From Promethearchaeota archaeon (GTDB lineage: Archaea; Asgardarchaeota; Heimdallarchaeia; Hodarchaeales; Hodarchaeaceae), in the NCBI GenBank assembly GCA_048938105.1, contig JBHLMN010000013.1, positions 96,001 through 160,000 of the forward strand: a DNA stretch of 64,000 nucleotides, written 5' to 3'. Positions 49,583 to 60,604 of this stretch are shown piece by piece. Positions within the stretch are counted from its first letter, which is position 1. The number at the start of each line of letters is the position of its first letter. Under the pieces are notes generated by a model. That model was not told where the DNA came from and ran no database searches. It saw nothing but the letters and a program-made list of their open reading frames with translations. The position numbers and the translations under genes were made by a program.

Positions 49583-50248
49583 GTGAAAATTTTGGTCACG
49601 AATAGAGAAAGTAAATGGTCAGAAGAGGAACTTATCTCTTTTAAGAATAGATGGAGAGCGACGACTATACCAGTCAATGTCAAGATTGATGTTCCTCAAA
49701 CTACTCTGCACTTGGATCAAGTTCTTTCTATTATTCGATCATCAGAAAGAATAGCTGTAGAGGATTGTATCTGTCGAATAGAGCTCCAGAATTGTGATTT
49801 TCCCCTAAAAGTATGCCTCTCGCTTAATTTGAACGCAACTAAGAATGTGGAAGGTGGTACAGCAGAATTCATCTCCAAAACTGAAGCGGAAAGAATTGTA
49901 TTAGAAACTCATCAAAAAGGACTTGTACACCTAGCTTTACATCGTCCTGAGGAAGATGAAAAGAACATCCAAGCAATCTGTAGTTGTTGTTCTTGCTGTT
50001 GTCATGCTCTTCAAGGGCTTTTATTGAAGAATATGAAAGGATTAGTGAAAAAAAGTAAGTATGTTTCAACTCATGATCCAGAAAAATGCGTCAATTGTGG
50101 AGAATGTATTTCTAGTTGCCATTTTAAGGCTAGAACGCTAAGTCAAGAAGGAGATATGATCTTTAATCAGAATAATTGCTTTGGCTGCGGCCTTTGCATC
50201 ACTAGTTGTCCCGAGAATGCAATAACAATGATTGAACGCGTTTTTTAA
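49583..50248 (+). CDS. 4Fe-4S dicluster protein with Cys-rich N-domain
   Basis: CICR, GLVH, CSCCSCCC; CVNCGECISSC and CFGCGLCITSCP. Confidence 0.88.
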   Translation: MKILVTNRESKWSEEELISFKNRWRATTIPVNVKIDVPQTTLHLDQVLSIIRSSERIAVEDCICRIELQNCDFPLKVCLSLNLNATKNVEGGTAEFISKTEAERIVLETHQKGLVHLALHRPEEDEKNIQAICSCCSCCCHALQGLLLKNMKGLVKKSKYVSTHDPEKCVNCGECISSCHFKARTLSQEGDMIFNQNNCFGCGLCITSCPENAITMIERVF

Positions 50249-50289
50249 TAGTATATTCCTAAGAGGATAAGAATTCGAGAGTAATAGAT

Positions 50290-50862
50290 ATGGGTAAACA
50301 AAGGATAGTCATCATTAAAGGTAGTCCAAGGAAGAAGGGTAATAGTTGTGTTCTAGCAGAATCCTTAGCTAAGGGAGCTAAAGATAATGATGCAGATGTA
50401 GAAGAATTTTTTCTTCAAGATATGGAAATAAAACCCTGTAACGCATGCAATGTATGCATCAATCAACCAGAGAAAGGTTGTATTATTAAAGATGATATGC
50501 AAAAAATCTATGTTTCTCTTCGTTCTGCTGATTCAATAGTTATTGCCAGTCCAATATATTGGTTCAATATTAGTGCTCAAACAAAATTATTTATTGACCG
50601 ATTATATGGTTTAATTGAACCAAACAGACATGTCTTAAAAGATAAAAGGATTGCAATAATTCTAACTTACGGGGACACAAATCAACATTCCTCTGGTGCT
50701 ATACATGCGATAAATTCATTTAAGGATATGTTCAGATATATTGGCGCCGAAATAACAGAAATTATCCATGGGAGTGCAATGGATGCTGGTGAAATAAATC
50801 AAAATCAGAAATTAATGGAAAATACTTACTTATTAGGAAAAAAGTTAAGCCTTGAAAAATAA
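50290..50862 (+). CDS. iron-sulfur flavoprotein / flavodoxin family
   Basis: GSPRKKGNS, CNACNVC...C..KDDM, ASPIYW. Confidence 0.9.
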   Translation: MGKQRIVIIKGSPRKKGNSCVLAESLAKGAKDNDADVEEFFLQDMEIKPCNACNVCINQPEKGCIIKDDMQKIYVSLRSADSIVIASPIYWFNISAQTKLFIDRLYGLIEPNRHVLKDKRIAIILTYGDTNQHSSGAIHAINSFKDMFRYIGAEITEIIHGSAMDAGEINQNQKLMENTYLLGKKLSLEK

Positions 50863-50894
50863 AATATTTGTTTAAAGAATTAAACAGGCCAGAC

Positions 50895-51161
50895 CTATCT
50901 TCTCATCTTATTTAGAATTTTCTTTGACCAGATCATTATGGGATTTCTTGAACACGGTTGTTTGAATACCTTGTGAATTCTAAACATTGAGTCAACATCT
51001 TTATTTTCTGTGTTCCAGAATGATGCCAGTGTCTCTGTGAGGTCCCAAGCTTCAGATGCAGATGTTGCAGAGATGAATGCGCAATTATCCATCTTTCTAC
51101 CGCCGAAATAAAGTGTATATTTTGCACAATAAAGCTTTTCAACCAAACCGTTGTTAGACAT
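50895..51161 (-). CDS. hypothetical protein
   Basis: 88-aa ORF with ATG start. Confidence 0.45.
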   Translation of the reverse strand: MSNNGLVEKLYCAKYTLYFGGRKMDNCAFISATSASEAWDLTETLASFWNTENKDVDSMFRIHKVFKQPCSRNPIMIWSKKILNKMRR

Positions 51162-51372
51162 AATACATTCCTTAATAATATTATAATTACGTGGTTCTTA
51201 AATACATACAAGACACTGAGAACATATGACAGGATTTTGGTTGTTTACTCCTCGACCTATTTTATAAAAATGTTCTTTGTTTCAAATAAAATCAATGATC
51301 AATTTTCAACAAGAAAAAGATTGTTGTGATGTTTTTAGATAATTGTTATTCAGAGAATCATCTATAATAAGG

Positions 51373-51999
51373 CTATTCTTTCGATATTTCCAATTCCATA
51401 AGGTATCCTTCAATAAAATCAATTTTTCGATTTGATATAAAATAGAAAGGAAATGCGATGAAAATCACAAATATTATAACGAATAAACAAGTACTAAAGA
51501 GCAATAAAGCAGGATTTTGTAACCATATACGATTAGGGTTAATATACATAATAAAAAAAATCAAAATTATAATACTAACCGATATTAGGCTTGAGATAAT
51601 AATCGCTAAGCCCCTTCTTTTATATCGTAATTCAGGTGAACTATTTTGGTATATTCTTCCATTTAAATTAAATGGTTCAACCAGAGTAATATAGAATAAA
51701 ATATAATTATTTATTGCAATAACTAGAAAAATGAAGTTATAAAAATCATTAATATTATCAATTATTTGTCTAGTCACAGTCCAACTAGCAGAATTAATTA
51801 ACATTTTTACAATTACATAAATAAAACCAAGTGCTATTGTTAAATACACACCAATCGTTATCTGTAAAAACCTTGGAGCTTTTGGAGGGAATAATGAATC
51901 CTTCTTAAAACGCGTTCCAATAAATTCAAAGTCAGAGATATTGCGATTGGGATCAGGCATTTCACAATTGACTCCTTTCTTCATATCAACATCATTCAA
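51373..51999 (-). CDS. hypothetical 4-TM membrane protein
   Basis: Hydrophobic segments; start probably MPDPN (GGAG RBS). Confidence 0.65.
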   Translation of the reverse strand: MNDVDMKKGVNCEMPDPNRNISDFEFIGTRFKKDSLFPPKAPRFLQITIGVYLTIALGFIYVIVKMLINSASWTVTRQIIDNINDFYNFIFLVIAINNYILFYITLVEPFNLNGRIYQNSSPELRYKRRGLAIIISSLISVSIIILIFFIMYINPNRIWLQNPALLLFSTCLFVIIFVIFIAFPFYFISNRKIDFIEGYLMELEISKE

Positions 52000-52355
52000 A
52001 GCTCAAACTTATGGTTTTGAAACATATAGAAATATAATTCAGAGAAATACGGCAACTCTTACATTTAGATAAAGAAAACTCATGACCCATTTTGATTAAT
52101 CATATCGTGAGAAAATAATTTTATAGCTTTATTTCTATGCAAATTGCTAGGTAAAATAGAGAAAAGAGGAGTTCAAAGGAATATATTTCATATCAGAAAA
52201 CAGTAATGAACAAGAAGATTTAACACTTTCATATGGAGTCCCAATCCGAATATATCGCAATACTCCCTAACCTAAACAATAATCGATTGAGAATACATAT
52301 AAACAGGAGCTTCAACATATTAATGGAATCATAACTCATTTATTTACTTTACAGG

Positions 52356-53060
52356 GTGAAATACTTGTTTACCAGAGCATTAACACAGAAAGAGCAGCAA
52401 ATTTTGTTAAAAATTCAGGGATTCGTGAAACGTTGCCATGCAAAAAGTGATTCACATGATTATTCACATGTTTTCATGGTAACACGGACTGCAATCAAAA
52501 TTAGTAAGAATATTGAAGATCCAGTAGACCCTTTTATAGTAATAGCAGGATCTTTACTACATGATATTGGCAAAACCACTTCAAATTTTGCGGATTTTCA
52601 CGGTTTGTTTGGAGGTAGTATAGCTGAAGAATTCTTAGAAGGTATTCAAATAGATCCTGTAATAAGTGATAAGATCTGTCGTGTGGTGATACGACATACA
52701 CCTACGTCTGGTATACCACCAGAGGCGCCAGAAGAAAAGGTGGTTTATGATGCGGATACACTTGATCGTTTAGGATTAATGGGTTTATTACGAGGCTTTA
52801 TTGGGAAAGAAGGATCAATGCAAGGAATTCTTGAGAAATATATGAAAAGTCGCCAGCTAGATTATGAGAAGCTGAATTATGAATACTCACGTGAGTTAGG
52901 GGTGATGGGGGCTCAAGAATTGGAGGGATTTTCTCATGTGATTCAAAAGCGGCTTGATGATCGGATGAGTAGCATCGAGCATATCTTTGAAAAGGAAGGA
53001 TTATTAGAGAAAAACCCAGTTGCAGAGACTGATAAGAAAAAGAGAGAAAAGAAAAAGTAA
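52356..53060 (+). CDS. HD domain phosphohydrolase
   Basis: HDYSH, LLHDIGK, DADTLDRLG. Confidence 0.88.
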   Translation: MKYLFTRALTQKEQQILLKIQGFVKRCHAKSDSHDYSHVFMVTRTAIKISKNIEDPVDPFIVIAGSLLHDIGKTTSNFADFHGLFGGSIAEEFLEGIQIDPVISDKICRVVIRHTPTSGIPPEAPEEKVVYDADTLDRLGLMGLLRGFIGKEGSMQGILEKYMKSRQLDYEKLNYEYSRELGVMGAQELEGFSHVIQKRLDDRMSSIEHIFEKEGLLEKNPVAETDKKKREKKK

Positions 53061-53295
53061 ACCTCTATAATTAATTTTCGACTACAATGTAACTATTCTT
53101 ATATTAGGTTTATAGTTCGATAGAGATCCAAAAATGACTGGAAAAATCGTAGATAAGAGAAAACGAGTTACACCAAGTATTATTAGAGGTCTAGTTATCT
53201 TAATTTTATTCTATATAGTATTAATGTTATTCCTAACCCTTATTACTAATAATCAGACATTGAAAATATAGAAACATATCTCAAGGAGTAGAGAA

Positions 53296-54306
53296 ATGAA
53301 AACATGTCCATACTGCAATGCAACATTAAAAGTATATGCAAAATTCTGTTCAAAGTGTGGGCAGAAAATATCTCAAAAAACTGTTTTCCCACCAGTTCTA
53401 CAAGGAAAAATAGATATTGAGTTTACAAAAGAAAGAGTATCTTTGGAACGTGCTTTGCACAGTTTTGATGGAATTTTTGCTGATAAAACCTTAGAACCTG
53501 CAACCAATAAAGAGCTGTGGGAAAATAAGAAAAATTGGTATTCAAATCAGAAGAATAGATTTTTACAAGGAAATATCTCAAATGAGCTGTTCTATAATCA
53601 GTTGAAGAATCTGAATGAGTATATGCAATCAACGGTTAAGATTCCAGAGGATAGATTAGGATTAAGCTTAAAAAACCAAATTACATCCGATTTTTCGGAG
53701 GGAAAATTACCTAAGAGGATTAGTAAGAAACAGAATGATGTAAAAGTTCAAATTTCTGAACCAAATCTTATAATAGAACCTGAAGCAGTTGAAAAAATGG
53801 TTACTGTAACATCACCTAAAGAATCTGTGAGTGAGGAAAAAAGATCTTTATTTACATCTATTCAGTATCAAGTTCAAGACTTGGTATTTGAGCAGGATGA
53901 TACTGGTCCTTTTGTACGCATTATTCCCTATTCGGGGTCACTTGAGGAAATCAGGGTAGATTTTTTCAAGAATCAAATAATAATGAGTGGCTGTTTGAGG
54001 CGTCAAAATCTCCCTCTAGTAAATCTTGAGTTGAAAATTAATGAAGAACCAAGACAGCCATCCTGGGATGATCCTTGGCTGGATATTACCTTATCTGGGG
54101 AGGAAAGGATCCTCAAACGGATTAAATTACGAAGTGAGATAGCTAATCGGTTAGCTTCTTTAGGGACAGCCTTAATTAAGGTCGAGTCAGAAGTTAAAGG
54201 AGAAATTTGCTTACATTTAACATGTAAAGAAACTCAGGACGCTATAAGGCTTGCTTACTCGCTGCTTAAAGACTTACAATTATTCCTTGAAATTTCTTTC
54301 TACTAA
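53296..54306 (+). CDS. zinc-ribbon domain protein
   Basis: CPYC...FCSKCG at the N-terminus; GGAG RBS. Confidence 0.75.
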   Translation: MKTCPYCNATLKVYAKFCSKCGQKISQKTVFPPVLQGKIDIEFTKERVSLERALHSFDGIFADKTLEPATNKELWENKKNWYSNQKNRFLQGNISNELFYNQLKNLNEYMQSTVKIPEDRLGLSLKNQITSDFSEGKLPKRISKKQNDVKVQISEPNLIIEPEAVEKMVTVTSPKESVSEEKRSLFTSIQYQVQDLVFEQDDTGPFVRIIPYSGSLEEIRVDFFKNQIIMSGCLRRQNLPLVNLELKINEEPRQPSWDDPWLDITLSGEERILKRIKLRSEIANRLASLGTALIKVESEVKGEICLHLTCKETQDAIRLAYSLLKDLQLFLEISFY

Positions 54307-54312
54307 TCTGAA

Positions 54313-54714
54313 TTATGACCAATTTCCCACAACGATAGCTTTGGTTCTTCGAAATCCAAGCTGTTGCCAAAAAGGTATAGTTTCTTCTAAAACTGTTGCT
54401 GAAACTGTTGGTGCTCCCAGCTGCCTGAAGGTTTTAACTATTTCAGTAACTAAAGTGGTTCCAACACCTTGTCTTTGATACGCAGGATGAACTGAAAGCT
54501 GATGGATCATTGCTCTTGATCCATCATATACTCCCCTTATTACCCCTATAATTTTCCCCTTAATTTCACACACAAGAAAAACCGCTGCATTGCATGATTT
54601 GACTCTCGTCATCGCTTCTGGTCCGTCAACCTCTGGCATACCATATTGATTATTAAGTTCCAAGATCTTAACGACATCTTCAATATCATGAAGTTTAAAA
54701 TTCCTAATTAACAT
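54313..54714 (-). CDS. GNAT acetyltransferase
   Basis: LSVHPAYQRQGVG; FWQQLGF. Confidence 0.88.
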   Translation of the reverse strand: MLIRNFKLHDIEDVVKILELNNQYGMPEVDGPEAMTRVKSCNAAVFLVCEIKGKIIGVIRGVYDGSRAMIHQLSVHPAYQRQGVGTTLVTEIVKTFRQLGAPTVSATVLEETIPFWQQLGFRRTKAIVVGNWS

Positions 54715-54800
54715 CTAGTAATCACTCCAAATTATTTTACCATCAAACAACTAGTAGAGAAATTGTGTGACTGATAAAAGTGAAATAACTAGTATTGGAG

Positions 54801-56081
54801 CTAAGATAAATCCCATAGATTTGTCGTAGATAGGGAAACTCCGTGTATAATTTTCTTTTGGTCTTCACTTATTCCTTCAAAAATCTCTTCCATACGCTCT
54901 TTTCCTTCACTGAACCTGCTAATCTGATGATGACTACCTTTCGTAATAGATGAAATAATTTTGGTTACTATAAAGCCATAAGATTCCCGCCCAGCTAAAT
55001 GTGGGTTTGTGTTTACAACAGTAGTATGGATTCCTTCTCTTTTAATCATCTTTGAAACTGAAACTACATCTTTGATAGCTAAGTCTTCAAATCTTCTCAA
55101 TACAATGCCCACATCGTTAAACTTCCGAGTTTCTCCAGTCTCTAAGCTTCTGTAAAGTGGAACATTAGCATTTCCATCTGTAATAATAACCATAACAGGA
55201 ATTGCTGCTTTATCCCTACGTCTCGTTTCTTTCAAAACTTCCCTTGCTTTTAGCATACCAGCTGCCAAAGGTGTGAAACCACTAATCTTCAACTGAAGTA
55301 ACTTATTTGCTACTACTCCTAAATTGGTAATAGGATGTTGGACAACAACAGCTCTTGTTTCCTTGAGAGCTACTATCCCTACTTTATCTCTATATCTGTA
55401 AGCGTCTCGGTGAAGTTTTAATAAGGCTTCCTTTGCTTCTTCGATACTAAACAACATTGATCCACTAAGATCAATGACAAAGACCAAAGTCATGGGAGCC
55501 TTATACAATCGTAATTTTTCACAAGCATCCTCTAAGAATATTGTGAGGGTTGTTTCCTTAGATGTTTCTCTGTTTCCCTGTTTTCTCGCTGCAGATCTAA
55601 TTGTTGCTGGTAAGTGGATGTCTTTTGGTTTTCCTCTTGGTCTTTTCCATCCCCATGGTCGTCCTCGATGGAGCGTTGTTATCGTTTCTCCTCTTTTACC
55701 AGCATAATTACTAATTCCTCTGATAGGAGGCTTTTTTTCGAGAAATAGTTTAAAAGGCGCTAATACACTTTCTTTAATCTTGGAAAGAAAGGTCTTACCC
55801 TCATATAAATCTGGTGGTTTTAGTGCTAAACTAACTGTAGGGATTCCTTTCATTTTTCCTTTTATAGGGTCATCAGAGATCTCTCCCCTTAAGTTATCCG
55901 ATCCTTTCACAATACCATCTATTACGGGAGCTTCTTTCGGACTTGATTTCATTTTTTTTCCAAAAGCGAATCCTGGACCTAATCTACTAAAAAAAGCAAA
56001 GATTTTTGCACGAGACTTACTGATCTTTTTTTCTGCAATAGCCTTTTCTTTATCAGATGCGTCATCCTGAGCCCAGATCAA
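54801..56081 (-). CDS. chlD: vWA (MIDAS) portion of a ChlD-like chelatase subunit, in the -1 frame of the upstream AAA+ ORF
   Basis: [33 protein letters not shown]. Confidence 0.8.
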   Translation of the reverse strand: MIWAQDDASDKEKAIAEKKISKSRAKIFAFFSRLGPGFAFGKKMKSSPKEAPVIDGIVKGSDNLRGEISDDPIKGKMKGIPTVSLALKPPDLYEGKTFLSKIKESVLAPFKLFLEKKPPIRGISNYAGKRGETITTLHRGRPWGWKRPRGKPKDIHLPATIRSAARKQGNRETSKETTLTIFLEDACEKLRLYKAPMTLVFVIDLSGSMLFSIEEAKEALLKLHRDAYRYRDKVGIVALKETRAVVVQHPITNLGVVANKLLQLKISGFTPLAAGMLKAREVLKETRRRDKAAIPVMVIITDGNANVPLYRSLETGETRKFNDVGIVLRRFEDLAIKDVVSVSKMIKREGIHTTVVNTNPHLAGRESYGFIVTKIISSITKGSHHQISRFSEGKERMEEIFEGISEDQKKIIHGVSLSTTNLWDLS

Positions 56082-57184
56082 GGCCCGTCCTTTTGGTTTT
56101 TTACGTTTTTTTTTTGAGTTTCAGGAGGTCGGATTTTCTCTGTATATTTTACCTCTTTGACTTTTGCTTTAAATACCTTAGAAATTTCTTCTGAAGTAGC
56201 TGGTTCCAAAAAGCCCCCCTTCCTTGTTCTGTGGCTCAGAGTAAGTTCAGAAGCCATTAAAATGTCAGCTAGGGTAGTAAAGACTCTGTTTTCAAATGCT
56301 GCAAGTGTGCATGCAGCTTTATTTATTACGATGTCAGGTCTCATTCCATCAACCCCTAAATCTAAGCACATCCTGCAGATAGCTTCAAGAAGCTTTTCTG
56401 GCATCTCAACTTGTGGTAGAATTGTCCTAGCATCTGTTATCCGCTTTCGTAGTTCCTCCTGGTTTGGTTTGTATTTATCAAAAAAGCTTTCAGGATTTCC
56501 TTCAAACTCGACATTTCTCTTAACTACTTCCATCCTATCTTTAACAGTTAATATTTGGTCTACACTTACAGATAATGAGAAGCGATCCAAGAGTTGTGGT
56601 CGAAGTTGTCCTTCTTCAGGATTCATGGTACCAATGAATATGAAACGAGAGGGATGACGAACTGAGATTCCTTCGCGTTCTACCACGTTCCAACCTGTTG
56701 CAGAAGCATCTAACAAATCATCAGCAACATGGTCAGGGAGGAGATTGACTTCATCAACATATAAGATATTTTGATTTGCTTCTGCTAGAACTCCAGGTTC
56801 TAAAGCCCCTATTCCATGTTTTATTGCTTTTTCAACGTTTAAACTCCCTACTACTCGATCCTCTGTAGCTCCGAGTGGAAGATCAACAACCACCATGTCT
56901 CTTTTTTCCATTTGCAGCTGATCTCCCCTTTGGTAATGTTCACTGCATTTTTCACACATATTTGTGAGGTCATAAGGATTGCAATTAAAGGGACAACCTT
57001 TCACAACATCCAGTTTTGGCAAAATTGCAGTTAATCCTCGCACCACGGTTGTTTTTCCAGAACCTTTAGGGCCCTGAACTAATACTCCACCAATTTTAGG
57101 ATTGATCGCGTTGATTAGAATGGCGAGTTTTAGCTTATCTAATGAAACAATAGCCGAAAATGGAAATGATAACCTTTTTTGCAT
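56078..57184 (-). CDS. chlI: ChlI-like AAA+ chelatase ATPase
   Basis: [52 protein letters not shown]. Confidence 0.9.
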   Translation of the reverse strand: MQKRLSFPFSAIVSLDKLKLAILINAINPKIGGVLVQGPKGSGKTTVVRGLTAILPKLDVVKGCPFNCNPYDLTNMCEKCSEHYQRGDQLQMEKRDMVVVDLPLGATEDRVVGSLNVEKAIKHGIGALEPGVLAEANQNILYVDEVNLLPDHVADDLLDASATGWNVVEREGISVRHPSRFIFIGTMNPEEGQLRPQLLDRFSLSVSVDQILTVKDRMEVVKRNVEFEGNPESFFDKYKPNQEELRKRITDARTILPQVEMPEKLLEAICRMCLDLGVDGMRPDIVINKAACTLAAFENRVFTTLADILMASELTLSHRTRKGGFLEPATSEEISKVFKAKVKEVKYTEKIRPPETQKKNVKNQKDGP

Positions 57185-57279
57185 ATATCTTGACAGTTAG
57201 AAAAAGCATTATTATAATTGATGATTCATGAAGGAAGAAATTGTCAAGAAACTTCCATCATCCACGCAAAAAAACTTAG

Positions 57280-57623
57280 TTATTTCTTTAATGTCGCGAT
57301 TTCTTTTTGAATTTCTTGGATTAATATGTCATAGGGGCATAAAAGGCTTAAATTAATATTATCAATATTTTGGAGATTGTTATCTATTAATTGGGGTAGT
57401 CCTGTAGGAACATATACAATGCCTTTGCGAATAAGTCGAAAAATTTCCTTCAAAATAGTTTTTTTTCCTTAAGAGTTCGAATTCCTAGCAAATTCATGAT
57501 GAATCGAAGATTCTGAGTATCAGTATCCTTAAAAGATAATAAGATCAAAGCACGATCCGCTAACTGATTTATCTCTGCTTCAGAAATTGCGATATCTGGA
57601 AAGGTATGCTTGTTATTACTCAT
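57280..57623 (-). CDS. small hypothetical (possibly wHTH-like) protein, frameshifted at an A8 run (57459-57466)
   Basis: MSNNKHTF...LKEK, then the -1 frame continues (K)TILKEIFRLIRKGIVYVP...EIATLKK*; 114 aa when joined. Confidence 0.5.
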
Positions 57624-57848
57624 TGTAATTTCACAAAAAATTCATTTACAGCTGTTGTGAAGGGCTGTACTATTCCAAAAACCTGTTAAAATTTAATTTG
57701 CAATAGTAAATAAAAGATTAGCTAGATAATCTGTTCTAATAACGGAATACAATCTCTAATAATTACATCTAAAAAATGCATATATTGAAAGTTTTTTCAG
57801 TAAAAGAACTTTGTCTAACTTATGTTCATATTACGGAGATAGATCCAA

Positions 57849-58160
57849 ATGGCGGACGTTAAGGTCAATACACAACACATTGAAATGTTTAGACGTGAAA
57901 TTAAGCGATTAATGACATTATTGTTACTTTTTCTAGCAACAGTCGTCCTCGGACTAATTGTGAGATTAGCTTATCCACAAACCATTCCATTGAGTTATCT
58001 TGAATTACAGGAACTACTTCCCCCAATTTTCTTAGTTCTGTATTTAATTGCACAAGTATCATCATTTTTCACGATTTTCTTTGCAGGATATTTTCTTGCA
58101 GAATATCGAATTGCCCGGAAAACTGAGAAATGTAGCAGTATTGAAGATGAACTAGAATAA
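57849..58160 (+). CDS. hypothetical 2-TM protein
   Basis: Two TM segments; GGAG RBS. Confidence 0.65.
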   Translation: MADVKVNTQHIEMFRREIKRLMTLLLLFLATVVLGLIVRLAYPQTIPLSYLELQELLPPIFLVLYLIAQVSSFFTIFFAGYFLAEYRIARKTEKCSSIEDELE

Positions 58161-58326
58161 CTCTATAATGAAAAAAATTGTTTAACTAAAATGGTATTGG
58201 GCTTAATTATATTCAATTATCATACATTTTGAGTTCTCTTCTCATTCATGAGTTACCTAAAAACTGTGAAAAAGATCAGGGCAATAATTTTATTTAAGTA
58301 CACCGTAACTTCGGTTTGGAGGTTCC

Positions 58327-58767
58327 ATGTTGGTTAGTAATGATGAAACAGTAACATTATTTTCCCAATTCTCCCAAATCGATCAAATTGGAGTTGTTGT
58401 TAAAGATATGGAAGCAACTATGAAGTTCTATGAGTCATTCGGGCTAGAATCCTTTCTTACACTAGAATCAGTAATAAATTCTGCGAAGCTAAAGATTGGA
58501 TTACTCCAGTTAGGGGATGTACAGCTAGAATTAATACAGGTTCTTGAGGGAGAAACTAGTCATTCCAAATTTCTCCAAGAAAGAGGAGAAGGAGTTCACC
58601 ATTTAGGGCATATAGTCGTCGATTTAGAAGAAGAACTATCTAAACTAGAGGAAAAGGGAATCAAAGTGTTGGAAAGAGGTATTGTCCACGAAATGGTGAA
58701 GTTTGCCTACTTAGACACTGAAAAGACTTTGGGCGTTATATTAGAACTAATTCAATTAGAGCTCTAG
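58327..58767 (+). CDS. VOC family protein (methylmalonyl-CoA epimerase-like)
   Basis: IDQIGVVV, LELIQ, GEGVHHLG, FAYLDT...LELIQ. Confidence 0.9.
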   Translation: MLVSNDETVTLFSQFSQIDQIGVVVKDMEATMKFYESFGLESFLTLESVINSAKLKIGLLQLGDVQLELIQVLEGETSHSKFLQERGEGVHHLGHIVVDLEEELSKLEEKGIKVLERGIVHEMVKFAYLDTEKTLGVILELIQLEL

Positions 58768-58855
58768 ACGTTATTTTGATGCAGATAAGAAAAAGATAAT
58801 AAGAAACTCATTTTCAGAGTGCACAAAGAATATTCTTATTATCTAATAGGAAACA

Positions 58856-60502
58856 TTGTCCATGCAAAAATCCAAAGATAAATTCTTGACTGGGTTTAAC
58901 AAATACTCCTTTTCTCTTCCTCCTCGTTTCTATAAAATTATAAATAAAGAGAATGTGAAGAATAGTCTTCTCTTCTTTACTTTAGCAAATCTCTTATGGT
59001 TAATATTTCGAACAGGTACAAAACCTTCAAGAATAGTATACCCCTGTCAGCGAGCTGCTTTGGATAACCTTTCAGTCTCTTTTAGTGGATTGATTCCTCT
59101 CTCAATTGCTCCCATCGTTACGACAATCAATAGCTTTTTCTCTAAAAATAGAACAACAATCTTTGTAATGCTCATGGTTGGAGTAATCAGCAGTGGTATT
59201 TTTCTTGTATTACCAACTCCAAATCCTTCTCAAGAAATTCAATTGGTAATTCGATCTAATACTGAAACTCTTCCTCCCTATTCTGATATTTATGTAGTAA
59301 ACGGACGACCTGTTGCACATATCAGTGAACTCATTACCTTAATGAGTTCATACAATTTTTTCTTTTACAAGTCAAGTACAGTGGGAATAAAGCAGGGGCC
59401 TGATGGTTTAATTGCACCGAATGATGTTGTTTTAGTAAAATTTAATTCACAATGGTCTCAACGAGGGGGAACTAACACTGATGTGTTGAAAGAGTTGATC
59501 CAAGCCGTCATCAGCCATCCTGATGGATTCGTGGGAGAGATTGTGTTGGCAGATAACGGCCAAGGACGTGGAAGTATGAACTATGTATCAAGTAACGCTG
59601 AAAATCGATCTCAGTCAACTCAAGAAGTAGCTAATATGTTCTCGTCAATGTACAAGGTTTCAACCTACGATTGGCAACAAATTAGGAGTAATCATGTTGA
59701 TGAATATTCTGAAGGAGATCTAAAGGACGGTTATTTTGTTTATGATGAAGTAGATCCTGAAACAGGGATCTATGTTTCTTATCCTAAATTTGAAACAGAA
59801 TTTGGTACTAAAATCAGCTTTAAACATGGTATCTGGAATGGAACTGGTTATGAAAGGCGATTAAAAGTAATAAATCTGCCTGTTCTCAAATCACATGTCA
59901 TATATGGGGTTACCGCCTCCGTAAAGAACTACATGGGTGTACAATCAGAAAGTTTAGCTAATGGGCATTCAACTGTAGGAACTGGTGGAATGGGGACATT
60001 ACTGGTAGAATGTGGCTTGCCTACTCTCAATATTATAGATGCAATCTGGGTTAACGCAAATCCTTATCCTTCTAGCTCAACTGGACCAAGTACAAGTTAT
60101 AATCAAGCCACAAGAGTAAATATACTTTTGGCAGGCATTGATCCTGTTGCGCTTGATTATTGGGCTGCAAAATATGTTCTTTATCAGACTGCAAACTTCA
60201 TCGGATATGATGATGCTCATACAGTAGATCCCGATAACACAGAGAAAAGTGGTTTACAGGAAGCTTTTGGTGTCTGGTTGAACCTTACAAAAAACGAGCT
60301 TCTGAGAGGGAATTACAACGTCACTACAGATGAGAAACATATGATTATATGCCAAGAGCAAGTGTCTACTATTTCTTCCTCAACAAATCTAACAAGTTCT
60401 CAGATCCCAGGTTTTGAGCTTGTATGGATCATCTTAAGTTTAATGATTGGTATCTTGTTTTTTCGAAACAGAAAAAAAGAACATAATAAAACCTTATCAT
60501 AG
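58856..60502 (+). CDS. DUF362 domain protein with PGF-CTERM-like anchor
   Basis: RTGTKPSRIVYPCQRAA, VKFNSQW, INLPVLKSH, DPVALD; IPGF + TM + RNRKK; start uncertain. Confidence 0.8.
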   Translation: MSMQKSKDKFLTGFNKYSFSLPPRFYKIINKENVKNSLLFFTLANLLWLIFRTGTKPSRIVYPCQRAALDNLSVSFSGLIPLSIAPIVTTINSFFSKNRTTIFVMLMVGVISSGIFLVLPTPNPSQEIQLVIRSNTETLPPYSDIYVVNGRPVAHISELITLMSSYNFFFYKSSTVGIKQGPDGLIAPNDVVLVKFNSQWSQRGGTNTDVLKELIQAVISHPDGFVGEIVLADNGQGRGSMNYVSSNAENRSQSTQEVANMFSSMYKVSTYDWQQIRSNHVDEYSEGDLKDGYFVYDEVDPETGIYVSYPKFETEFGTKISFKHGIWNGTGYERRLKVINLPVLKSHVIYGVTASVKNYMGVQSESLANGHSTVGTGGMGTLLVECGLPTLNIIDAIWVNANPYPSSSTGPSTSYNQATRVNILLAGIDPVALDYWAAKYVLYQTANFIGYDDAHTVDPDNTEKSGLQEAFGVWLNLTKNELLRGNYNVTTDEKHMIICQEQVSTISSSTNLTSSQIPGFELVWIILSLMIGILFFRNRKKEHNKTLS

Positions 60503-60604
60503 AGATTAGGCCGTTAGGTTTAGTTTTCATTAAAATCGTTTCAATTATTCATATTTTCTTTGTTAGATATTGGATACTTAACCCCCTTTTTTATGATTTC
60601 ACTC

